Shown piece by piece: positions 16,361 through 24,000 of a DNA stretch of 24,000 bases. Below the pieces are notes generated by a model, which worked only from the letters and a program-made list of their open reading frames with translations, was not told the origin of the DNA and searched no databases. This stretch comes from Spirulina major PCC 6313 (GTDB lineage Bacteria > Cyanobacteriota > Cyanobacteriia > Cyanobacteriales > Spirulinaceae). A program made the position numbers and the translations under genes. Positions within the stretch are counted from its first letter, which is position 1. Every line of letters starts with the position of its first letter. The stretch is from contig NZ_KV878783.1 of NCBI RefSeq assembly GCF_001890765.1, forward strand, positions 643,625 to 667,624, in the 5' to 3' direction.

Positions 16361-17047
16361 TTAACCCACGCCCAAAATATAGTTGAACTGATCCCGTCCG
16401 GCGTTCAGTTCGAGCATTTTAATCACTTGGCGATTGTCGTCGTAGGGGCCATTGATATAGAGGGGCTTGTCTTGATAGCCGAAGCGCAGAGCGGGTTCCC
16501 CTGACCAATGCCCCAAGTGGTAGAGGGTTTGCTCAAAATCAGGATGAGGATTGAAGCCGAGGCGGGCGGCATATTCTACGGCTCCGAAAATAATCGCTTG
16601 GGCCTCGTGGAGGGCGATCGCTCGATATCCCGCCGGAAATGCCCCATAGAACCGTTGGACAAAATCGGGATATTGGGCGCGATCGAGTTGGTGGGGCTTC
16701 ATCGTGTCCTTGACCCCTAAACAGAGATAGTCCACCAAATAGGTACAGACCGAAACGCGCTCCATCCCCTTCAACCGCGCCACTAACACCAACCCCAGGC
16801 AACTTTGGGGCCAATCGTCGGGTTGCTGACCCGCGAGGAGATAGTCGGCACAGGTCTGATCAACGAGACATTCATGAATCGGGGGTAAATCGCCTTTGGT
16901 GGCAAGGGTAAAGATGGGGCCTTCACCGTGGTTGGCGATGATGCTGCGTACCTCTGACACCCGCAGATTGAGTTCGGCAGCGATTTGGCGGGGGGTATGG
17001 TTTTGGGCGCGGAGATCGAGGATGGTTTGTTCTTGTTCTGGGGACAC
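16361..17047 (-). CDS. Hypothetical protein with an N-terminal helix-turn-helix
   Basis: The 228-aa product begins EQEQTILDLRAQNHTPRQIAAELNLRVSEVRSII, which resembles a sigma-r4/Hin-like HTH. I do not recognise the rest. It starts 9 nt after the hemW stop on the same strand. Confidence 0.75.
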   Translation of the reverse strand: MSPEQEQTILDLRAQNHTPRQIAAELNLRVSEVRSIIANHGEGPIFTLATKGDLPPIHECLVDQTCADYLLAGQQPDDWPQSCLGLVLVARLKGMERVSVCTYLVDYLCLGVKDTMKPHQLDRAQYPDFVQRFYGAFPAGYRAIALHEAQAIIFGAVEYAARLGFNPHPDFEQTLYHLGHWSGEPALRFGYQDKPLYINGPYDDNRQVIKMLELNAGRDQFNYILGVG

Positions 17048-17056
17048 GGGGACTCC

Positions 17057-18283
17057 TCACCATGGGGCTGAATCGGGATCGAACTGTGCAAAGAGGCTTG
17101 CCAAAATTGTATTGGAAAAGAGGAACCCTTCTGGATCGGTGAGGGCGATCGCATCTGCTCCCAAGATCACCCAACCCTGAGCGGCATAGGGGGCAAGAGT
17201 GGCGCGAATTTGGGTCTGTTCTGACGGTGTGAAGCGATCGAGGTTGACCCCCTCCCGAAGACGGAGGCCGAGCATCAGGGTTTCGAGGAGGCGATCGCTC
17301 GCCGTTTCCGGTGCATCGGGACGCTGCGCCCCCGCCGCGAGCCAGTCGTAATAGGCCTGACGGGTGCGCGGTCGGCTGAAGCGGATTCCGTCGGTATAGC
17401 TCGCTGCCCCCATCCCAAAGGCGTAGTAAGGGCGATTTTCCCAATAGGTACGGTTATGGCGACAGGCAAAACCGGGGCGGGCATAATTGGAAATTTCGTA
17501 ATGGTCGTACCCGGCGGCGGTGAGGTGGGTTTGGGCGATGCGGTAAAGGTCGGCGGTGAGGTCATCATCCGGTAGGGGGGTTTCGCCGGGGCGGTAGCGT
17601 TTGCCGAAGGGGGTGACGGGTTCAAGAACGAGATCATAACAGGAGAGATGAGCGGGATCGAGGGCGATCGCTGCCTCTAACGAATTTTGCCAATGATCAC
17701 GGGTTTGGTGGGGCAGACCCGAAATTAAATCAAGGCTGAAATTGTCAATTTGGGCGCGGCGGATCATCTCGACGGCTTCGTAAATCTCCGCGACGGAATG
17801 CGATCGCCCACAGGTTTGCAACAGGTCATCTTGAAACGCCTGCGCCCCCAAACTAAACCGATTCACCCCCGCGCTCTGATACCCCTGAAGCTGCGCCAAG
17901 GTGAACGTCCCCGGATCAATTTCCATCGCAATTTCTGCCCCTGCTGCCAGACCAAAGGTGCGATCCAAGGCCGTCAAGAGTTGATCAATTTGTTCAGGGG
18001 CGAGCAGGGAGGGAGTGCCGCCGCCAAAAAAGACCGTTTCTAGGGGCTGGGGGGTAGAGCGGGCGGCGGTGAGGGTGATTTCTGCGGTGAGGGCGGTGAG
18101 ATAAGGGGCAATGCTCTGGGATGGGGTGCGATCGCGCCGCTCTCCCACCACCGCAATCGGAAAATCACAATAAAAGCAGCGCCGCCGACAAAAAGGAATG
18201 TGAAGATAGGCTGACGAAATCGGAGATGCGATCGCCGGCTCCTGTGGTTGAGATTGCACCGTTTCGATCCGTCGTTGTCTCAT
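17057..18283 (-). CDS. hemW: Radical SAM heme chaperone HemW (HemN-like, oxygen-independent coproporphyrinogen oxidase family)
   Basis: It has YLHIPFCRRRCFYCDF (CxxxCxxC), GGGTPS and a C-terminal HemN_C-like region. The 408-aa length fits HemW better than HemN. Confidence 0.88.
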   Translation of the reverse strand: MRQRRIETVQSQPQEPAIASPISSAYLHIPFCRRRCFYCDFPIAVVGERRDRTPSQSIAPYLTALTAEITLTAARSTPQPLETVFFGGGTPSLLAPEQIDQLLTALDRTFGLAAGAEIAMEIDPGTFTLAQLQGYQSAGVNRFSLGAQAFQDDLLQTCGRSHSVAEIYEAVEMIRRAQIDNFSLDLISGLPHQTRDHWQNSLEAAIALDPAHLSCYDLVLEPVTPFGKRYRPGETPLPDDDLTADLYRIAQTHLTAAGYDHYEISNYARPGFACRHNRTYWENRPYYAFGMGAASYTDGIRFSRPRTRQAYYDWLAAGAQRPDAPETASDRLLETLMLGLRLREGVNLDRFTPSEQTQIRATLAPYAAQGWVILGADAIALTDPEGFLFSNTILASLFAQFDPDSAPW

Positions 18284-18607
18284 TTTGATCTGTTTAAGAT
18301 TGTGTCAATCTTACAAAAAAAAGACTTAAAAATTACGAATTCCTTACAAAGATAGGGCCGATTTTTGGTCCATTGATTGGATGCGATCGCCTCACAACAA
18401 TTGCCAAAAAAACACCGTCTATCCTGCCATTCATTCCCTCAACCCTAGGACAGACCGGGACTTCACCCCTCGCTTACTATCCACCCCTTCCCCAACCGCC
18501 CCAGCCGCGATCGCGAAAACCGAATTAAGCCCCCTTTCCTACCCCGATATAATAGACGGAGGTTCAATAACCGACCATACATCTGCCCAATTTTGGGAAT
18601 CATCATC

Positions 18608-19690
18608 ATGTTAGATGCCGTCATTATCAGCATATTTGTTTTAGCCCTAGCGGGAGTCGGCTACGAGGCTATCGACCTGGCACCGCCGGACGTGCTGAAC
18701 CAAGTCACCAACATCGAAGCAGTGCGGCTGATCATCGCCAGCTTCGGCGCGATCATCGGGTTAGCCCTCGGCCTCACGGCTCAGACCACCTACCGCCGTC
18801 TCGAAGCCACCGTCCGCAGCCTCCCCATTGAAACCATCCTCACCCGTGCGATCGGGTGGGTGCTAGGCTTGCTCCTCGCCAACCTGATGCTGGCCCCCAT
18901 CTTTCTGTTGCCCATTCCCCAAGAATTCAGCCTCGTCAAACCCCTCAGCGCCGTCCTCGTCAGCGTCATGTTTTCGTTCCTAGGGGTCTCCCTCGCCGAT
19001 ACCCACGGACGCACCTTCCTAAGGCTGATTAACCCCAGCAGCATTGAAACCCTCCTCATCGCCGAAGGCACACTCCAAGCCGCGATCACCAAAATTCTCG
19101 ACACCAGTTGCATCATCGACGGACGGATCGAAGAACTCCTCGCCACCGGCTTCATTGAAGGCCAAATCCTCATCCCCCAATTTGTCCTCCAAGAACTGCA
19201 ACTCCTCGCCGACAGTTCCAACGACCAAAAACGGCTCCGAGGCCGACGGGGCTTAGACATCCTCAACCGCATGCAAGCCGCTTTTCCTGAACAACTAGTG
19301 ATCAACCCCACGGACTACGACGACATCCCCACCGTGGATGCGAAACTGGTGCGCTTCTCTCAAGAAATCAACGGTACACTCCTCACCAATGATTACAACC
19401 TCAGCAAGGTGGCCAATTTGCAAAAAGTGGCGGTGTTGAATGTCAATGATCTCGCCCAAGCGATTCGCCCGATCTATCTACCGGGGGACACTCTGGATCT
19501 GAAAATTCTCAAGCAAGGGAAAGAACCGGAACAGGGGGTTGGTTATCTGGAAGATGGCACGATGGTGGTGGTTGAAGAAGGGTCGGAACATCTCGGCGAT
19601 GAACTACAAGTGGTGGTTACGTCTGCCCTCCAAACCTCTGCGGGCCGGATGATCTTCGCCAAACCCTACGTCTCGATTATGGCTTCGTGA
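18608..19690 (+). CDS. Membrane PIN/TRAM domain protein (YacL-like)
   Basis: It has four N-terminal TM helices. A PIN-like domain follows (KILDTSCIIDGRI...IPQFVLQELQ...LLTNDYNL), then a TRAM-like C-terminus (GVGYLEDGTMVVVEEG). I prefer the ATG at 18608 to the TTG at 18593. Confidence 0.85.
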   Translation: MLDAVIISIFVLALAGVGYEAIDLAPPDVLNQVTNIEAVRLIIASFGAIIGLALGLTAQTTYRRLEATVRSLPIETILTRAIGWVLGLLLANLMLAPIFLLPIPQEFSLVKPLSAVLVSVMFSFLGVSLADTHGRTFLRLINPSSIETLLIAEGTLQAAITKILDTSCIIDGRIEELLATGFIEGQILIPQFVLQELQLLADSSNDQKRLRGRRGLDILNRMQAAFPEQLVINPTDYDDIPTVDAKLVRFSQEINGTLLTNDYNLSKVANLQKVAVLNVNDLAQAIRPIYLPGDTLDLKILKQGKEPEQGVGYLEDGTMVVVEEGSEHLGDELQVVVTSALQTSAGRMIFAKPYVSIMAS

Positions 19691-19716
19691 TGGGGTGAGG
19701 GCATGACTTCCTGATC

Positions 19717-21735
19717 ATGGCCTTGGCGCAGCGGGCGCGATCGCACCCCTCAGCCACAATAGGAATAGATTCGGTGGAAGGAGGCCCCATGCTCGGACTA
19801 CATGCCCAAGGTGAAATCATTGCAGACCGCTATCAAATCGTTACCACCCTCGGTCAAGGGTCGATGGGAACCACCTACGCAGCGGTGGATCACCAGACTT
19901 CCCAGCGCGTCGCGTTGAAAGTGGTGTCCCTGCGCCAAACCACCGAGTGGAAAATGCTCGAACTGTTCGAGCGCGAAGCCCGTGTCCTCGCCACGTTGAA
20001 CCATGCGGGGATTCCCCAATACCTGGACTATTTTGATCTGGATACCCCGGACGATCGCCGCTTCTACCTCGTGCAGGAATTGGTCGAGGGGGAATCCCTC
20101 CTCACCAAACAAGAACGCGGCTGGCAACCGAGCGAGGATGAGGTGAAAGCGATCGCCATCCAAACCCTCGATATTCTCGCCTATCTCCACGGCCTCAATC
20201 CCCCCGTCATCCACCGCGACATCAAGCCCGAAAACCTGATCCAAACTCCCGACGGCCGGATTGTCCTCGTGGATTTTGGCGCTGTGCAAGAGGCCTATCG
20301 CGCCACGATCAGCCGGGGGGGGACGTTTGTGGGAACCCTGGGCTATATGCCCCCGGAGCAGTTTCGCTGTCAAACCGTGGCCGCGTCGGATTTATACAGT
20401 CTCGGCGCGACCTTGGTGTTTTTGCTGTCGGGGAAATCTCCGGCGGATCTGCCCCAGGTGCGGATGAAGCTCGATTTTCAGGCTGAAATTACAGTTTCGC
20501 GCCCGTTTGCCGCCTGGCTCGAAACTAGCCTTGAACCGGCGATCGAAGATCGCTTTGCCTCCGCGATCGCAGCTCAAGAGGCTCTCCGCGCCAACCTCCC
20601 CCTCAATCTCAATCCGGAGCAGATCGCCCCCCAACCCGCCGACAGTCAGATCATCCTCTCGAAATCCCCCCACAACACCACAATCCATATCCCCAGCGGG
20701 ACATGGTGGCACAAGAAACGCTTTACCTTGTTGGTGGTGAATTGTGTCTGGACTGCGATCGCGCTCCCCACGATCTCCCTGTTGGTGGCGATCGCGATTG
20801 TCGTGGCGCTCGATCCGGCGGAAAGTGTGGTGACGCGGATTGTGGCGGTTTTCATGATGGGGATTCCGCTGATCATCCTAGGGGTAGTCAGTGGGTTGTT
20901 TTGGAACGGGTTACGGGCCGTCAAAGGCGATCGCACCACCCTCCACATCACCCCCCAAACAACCCGTTTAACCTATCGCTTCTTACCCCTGCAAAGTACG
21001 TTAATGGGAGCCACCTCCGACATCAGCCTCCGCTACGACCCCGATCGCTATAACTACATTGAACTGCGGTATGCGGGTAACAATGAACCGATCACCCGTT
21101 CCGTCTGGGGACTGACTCGCCCCCTCCGTCAGCCCCAAATCTATCGCTTCGGCCAAGCCCTCACCCCAGAAGAACGAGACTGGCTCGCAGGCGAATTAAA
21201 AACCCTGTTTGTGATGCAGCCTGTGGCCCTGCATCCAACCCCCGCATCCTCCCCATCCCCGCCAGACTCACTGTTACCCCATAGCCGTGTCCAACTGCGC
21301 CGCGACGCTGACACCTTAATGATTCAGGTTCCGGCAACCTACAGTGTGCTGCAATTGGGGGGAGTTGCGATCGCCGTCGTCATTGGGATGTGTCTCGTCT
21401 TTCCCATCGGCATCATTGCCTTAATTGTGCTCTGCATTGTCCGTGCTAGTGTGTTTTGGTCGGTGGGGGGCGATTTTCAACTCAAAATCACCGCCGATCG
21501 CTACGATTTGCGCTGGAGTTATTTCGGCTGGAATCACTACCTCACCGGCAAAACTGCCGACATTCAAAAAGTCGCCCTGTGCCCCACTGGGATCAGGGTT
21601 AACAATCGCCTCATCTATACCTGCGGTCTGGTGAAAGATCACAATACTATTCTCTTTGGTACATGGCTCCGCGAAGATGAGCGCACGGCCCTCGTGGAGG
21701 TGATTAACGACTATCTCCAAACCCAGCGCTCATAA
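19717..21735 (+). CDS. Membrane Ser/Thr protein kinase (Hanks type) with a duplicated C-terminal module of two TM helices plus a soluble domain. An alternative start is the ATG at 19789.
   Basis: Kinase motifs are GQGSMGTTY, ALKV, HRDIKPENL, DFG and GTLGYMPPEQ. The C-terminal half has four TM helices in two similar modules (about 20644-21220 and 21283-21732). Confidence 0.9.
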   Translation: MALAQRARSHPSATIGIDSVEGGPMLGLHAQGEIIADRYQIVTTLGQGSMGTTYAAVDHQTSQRVALKVVSLRQTTEWKMLELFEREARVLATLNHAGIPQYLDYFDLDTPDDRRFYLVQELVEGESLLTKQERGWQPSEDEVKAIAIQTLDILAYLHGLNPPVIHRDIKPENLIQTPDGRIVLVDFGAVQEAYRATISRGGTFVGTLGYMPPEQFRCQTVAASDLYSLGATLVFLLSGKSPADLPQVRMKLDFQAEITVSRPFAAWLETSLEPAIEDRFASAIAAQEALRANLPLNLNPEQIAPQPADSQIILSKSPHNTTIHIPSGTWWHKKRFTLLVVNCVWTAIALPTISLLVAIAIVVALDPAESVVTRIVAVFMMGIPLIILGVVSGLFWNGLRAVKGDRTTLHITPQTTRLTYRFLPLQSTLMGATSDISLRYDPDRYNYIELRYAGNNEPITRSVWGLTRPLRQPQIYRFGQALTPEERDWLAGELKTLFVMQPVALHPTPASSPSPPDSLLPHSRVQLRRDADTLMIQVPATYSVLQLGGVAIAVVIGMCLVFPIGIIALIVLCIVRASVFWSVGGDFQLKITADRYDLRWSYFGWNHYLTGKTADIQKVALCPTGIRVNNRLIYTCGLVKDHNTILFGTWLREDERTALVEVINDYLQTQRS

Positions 21736-21869
21736 CTCCCCTGGGGAAAGGATGCGATCGCCCCCCGCTGCCGTTTTCCGTTGGGACACCTGAAAAAGCG
21801 GTGCAATCCCATTCAAATCCCTCTATCCATACATTTATCGTCAAGATATAGCAATCCTATTTGATTCAT

Positions 21870-21898
21870 GGACAGGCAAGGGGCTTAAGCCCCTTGTT
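21870..21898 (-). repeat. 29-nt dispersed palindromic repeat, copy 2 (exact reverse complement of 2726-2754)
   Basis: The sequence ggacaggcaaggggcttaagccccttgtt was read directly. The flanks are unrelated to copy 1. Confidence 0.6.
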
Positions 21899-22366
21899 GA
21901 TGAGGAAATAAGATCTTCGATTGATTTCGGATCGCTATAGTTCCATTAAAACTGCTCATTCCCGACATTTTCGACCAAGAAGCAGGAGATTAAATCATGA
22001 GGGAAATATAGCCGGCTCTTAAAAACAACCTAGGGATTGTTTTTCTGTTGATTAAAATCACAAGGCAAAGTGATGTTAACTACAACACAACAATGGCTAG
22101 ATCGGCACAATATAATTAACACAGAGCAACCAACGTCTGAACTCTTGACTGTTGTCATCATCTTTGCTCACCATCGTTTTGATCATTCTCAATTCTCAGC
22201 ACATCGTCTCTGGCTCTCGTGACTCAAAACCCTTGCTCTCTCTGGGTTTTCGGAATCCAGACTCCTTAAGTCAATTCCCTGAATCAATCGTTCAGGACTT
22301 GAATCCAGGGCTGGAGTTGCTCTAAAAAGACAATCCTGTTCTCCTTAGAAAGGACAGTAAGTAATA

Positions 22367-22741
22367 ATGGTTAATGTAACGGCTTATACAAATCGCCAAG
22401 ACAACGTTCAATCTTTACACTCTCATCATCAACGTGAAGAAACAGTAAGGTTCTCCTGGCATCGCATGATCAAACGGTTCTCATTTCAACCGTTAAAACC
22501 CCTCAAAAACTGGCTTGAAACTCTTGATGTTGACAATGTTAAATTTGCCCGCACTCTGTGCCAAATCATTCCGGCACAATGCCCCTTTGAGCGTGATGTG
22601 ACTGTGTTTGGGAAGGTGTTGTTTCACATCCCCCCCCTGTGCAAGCTCAATCCGTTTTACGAGCAGTTGGTGATGTTGCGGTTTAAATCTCTGTGCTATC
22701 TTGCTGATGAATGTGGCGAAGATATTAGCGCCTACTGCTAA
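22367..22741 (+). CDS. Mo-dependent nitrogenase C-terminal domain family protein (Mo-nitro_C-like small Cys-rich protein). The start may be the internal ATG at 22466.
   Basis: The core IPAQCPFERDVTVFGKVLFHIPPLCKLNPFYEQLVMLRFKSLCYLADECGEDISAYC matches this cyanobacterial family as I recall it. Confidence 0.8.
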   Translation: MVNVTAYTNRQDNVQSLHSHHQREETVRFSWHRMIKRFSFQPLKPLKNWLETLDVDNVKFARTLCQIIPAQCPFERDVTVFGKVLFHIPPLCKLNPFYEQLVMLRFKSLCYLADECGEDISAYC

Positions 22742-22797
22742 GTCGATTCATTCCACTCCATTGCTCTGGGTCAATTTGGGCTCAAATCTTCAATGCC

Positions 22798-22821
22798 ATG
22801 CCAAATGCAGGCATTTTTTTT
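22798..22821 (+). terminator. Probable rho-independent terminator after the Mo-nitro_C-like gene
   Basis: A short stem atgcc / ggcat is followed by a run of 8 T. The stem is weak. Confidence 0.5.
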
Positions 22822-22954
22822 ATGGGGGCGATCGCAAGGTCTGAGATCTTTCGGTGGAGCGATCGCACGTTTCCCAATGCCTGCCTTCTGATAGAGGGCG
22901 ATCGCGCTCCTCATTTGGTGCGATCGAAACTGTAGCACCACGAGGACAAACTCT

Positions 22955-23260
22955 ATGCCCACGACTTACACCGTCAAACTCATCAACGAAACTGAAGGGA
23001 TCAACGCCACATTAAACGTCCCCGAAGATGAGAGCATCCTAGATGTGGCGGAAGCAGAAGGCCTCGATCTCCCGTATTCCTGCCGTTCTGGAGCGTGCAG
23101 CACCTGCGCGGGTCAAATTATTGAGGGGGAAAGCCTCGATCAAGAAGGGCAAATGCAATTGGACGACGAACAGATGGCCAATGGCTATGTACTCACTTGC
23201 ATCGGGAAACCCACTTCCGACTGCACGATCAAAACCCACCAAGAAGAGGCCGTTTTATAA
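22955..23260 (+). CDS. Plant-type [2Fe-2S] ferredoxin
   Basis: The 101-aa product has [15 protein letters not shown]...YVLTC...[11 protein letters not shown], with the canonical four-Cys ligand spacing. Confidence 0.93.
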   Translation: MPTTYTVKLINETEGINATLNVPEDESILDVAEAEGLDLPYSCRSGACSTCAGQIIEGESLDQEGQMQLDDEQMANGYVLTCIGKPTSDCTIKTHQEEAVL

Positions 23261-23479
23261 GCTGTGATGACTCAAGTTATTGCCCTCATTTTTTGCAAAA
23301 CAACGGCTGATGTTTTGAAGTATCCCCTGGTCATCATGACCAGGGGACTTTCGATCTCCCCTCTGCTCTCATTCCTTTTTAGGTCAAGACATGCTTTAAC
23401 AGCTTGTTCACTTATTACCCTCACCCCAACCCTCTCTCCCACGGGGCGAGGGGCTTCTGATCTGGACATGATGATTTCT

Positions 23480-23849
23480 GAATACGTTTTGACACTCCCC
23501 GCGAAGACAGCGACGGGGATTCTTGGTTCATCGACCGGACTTAACCGAGCCGAATTGCTCCAACCCCGCCAGAGGTCTAATCTTCCCAAGCGGATAACTT
23601 CCCCTGTGCCCCACGGTAGTTAGTCCAAGGCGCAGCATACAAACCCGCTTCACTATCGACTCAGCCCGATGCCGCTCCCACACTAACCCGTTCACCTTCA
23701 AGTCTTCCGAGGCGACCAAATCGTTAGATTGGATGACGCAGTAGGCAATCCGCCCACTCATTCCGCTGCCTGCTTACTCTTAAATGCTTCCAGGACTGTC
23801 GGTTTTTAGCCTTGTGAGAGTTCCTGGACGTTTAAAATTCAATGTAATC
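23480..23849 (-). mobile_element. Non-autonomous TnpB-element remnant, copy B (inverted relative to copy A)
   Basis: Its reverse complement aligns with 7513-7882 without gaps in the ORF part (10 differences in 234 nt). The 5' part is about 90% identical. The terminal hairpin and ...ggggagtgtcaa end are the same. Confidence 0.6.
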
Positions 23850-23855
23850 GCTGGG

Positions 23856-24000
23856 TTAGGGCGGATTACAGCCTGATTTTAGCTGTGCCATGACGTATTG
23901 AATGGCTTGTTCTTGGTTGGCGACGTTTTCGCGGGGCGACCAGTGGGCCATGCGATCGCGGGCAGCCTGTCCCATCTGGTGTAGTCGGGCAGGGTCAGGG
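23856..24000 (-). CDS. 3' end of a gene continuing beyond the window, possibly a glycosyltransferase C-terminus
   Basis: The minus-strand frame is open from 23999 to the TAA at 23858-23856. It reads ...ARLHQMGQAARDRMAHWSPRENVANQEQAIQYVMAQLKSGCNPP with host-like C-ending codons. Its similarity to GT-B C-termini rests on pattern only. Confidence 0.45.
   Translation of the reverse strand, partial: PDPARLHQMGQAARDRMAHWSPRENVANQEQAIQYVMAQLKSGCNPP

Noticed and set aside
22073-22222. 49-codon ORF (MLTTTQQWLDRHNIINTEQ...) in the long leader upstream of the Mo-nitro_C-like gene
   Set aside because: It has A/T-ending codons unlike the confident genes, no RBS and no recognisable motif. It is probably non-coding, though a leader peptide cannot be excluded.
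22771-22962. 63-aa minus-strand ORF between the Mo-nitro_C-like gene and the ferredoxin
   Set aside because: It spans the putative terminator and three HIP1 sites and overlaps the ferredoxin start. It has no motif or RBS.
23264-23623. ORFs 23264-23623 (+) and 23272-23589 (-) between the ferredoxin and repeat copy B
   Set aside because: They cross a 10-11-bp palindrome (cccctggtcat/atgaccagggg at 23324-23346), a ccctcacccc...ggggcgaggg repeat-type hairpin and the end of the mobile-element remnant. Nothing about them looks like coding sequence.
7513-23849. Composite transposon or genomic island delimited by the two inverted repeats
   Set aside because: The interior carries core metabolism genes (mtnA, hemW, ferredoxins) and has host-like GC and dense HIP1. 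I saw no transposase, integrase or target duplication. Dispersed repeats with inversion potential are the simpler reading.

Overview
This is a chromosomal segment from a cyanobacterium. The evidence is roughly 60 copies of the HIP1 octamer GCGATCGC (counted by eye) and typical cyanobacterial genes such as chlM, a PEP-CTERM protein and a pentapeptide-repeat protein. Most of the window is ordinary housekeeping:
- split transhydrogenase pntAA (3' end), pntAB and pntB
- chlM
- a receiver-like histidine kinase convergent with cutA
- a YtxH / DUF948-like / coiled-coil membrane trio
- a minus-strand block of two TolB-like lipoproteins, a 7Fe-type ferredoxin and an O-antigen-ligase-family protein
- mtnA
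- a PEP-CTERM secreted protein
- an HTH protein followed by hemW
- a PIN/TRAM protein followed by a membrane Ser/Thr kinase
- a Mo-nitrogenase-C-terminal-domain protein followed by a plant-type ferredoxin
- the 3' end of a probable glycosyltransferase

I found no rRNA, tRNA or CRISPR.

Five things are worth a second look:
1. Two copies of a ~370 bp element, ~94% identical, lie in inverted orientation at 7513-7882 and 23480-23849. Each carries a decayed internal TnpB (IS200/IS605-type) fragment and a hairpin-bearing end, and together they bracket 15.6 kb.
2. A 970-aa NACHT/STAND NTPase has an unassigned ~300-aa N-terminal region, a pentapeptide-repeat C-terminal module and an acidic tail. It lies directly downstream of one of these elements and is a candidate bacterial NLR-like sensor.
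3. The Ser/Thr kinase has a C-terminal half made of a duplicated module (two TM helices plus a soluble domain).
4. The histidine kinase has a core about 20 points lower in GC than its surroundings and free of HIP1.
5. Several small structured repeats sit in the intergenic regions.

No complete, clearly novel multi-gene system can be demonstrated from sequence alone. All functional calls rest on motif recognition and recalled family knowledge, not on searches.
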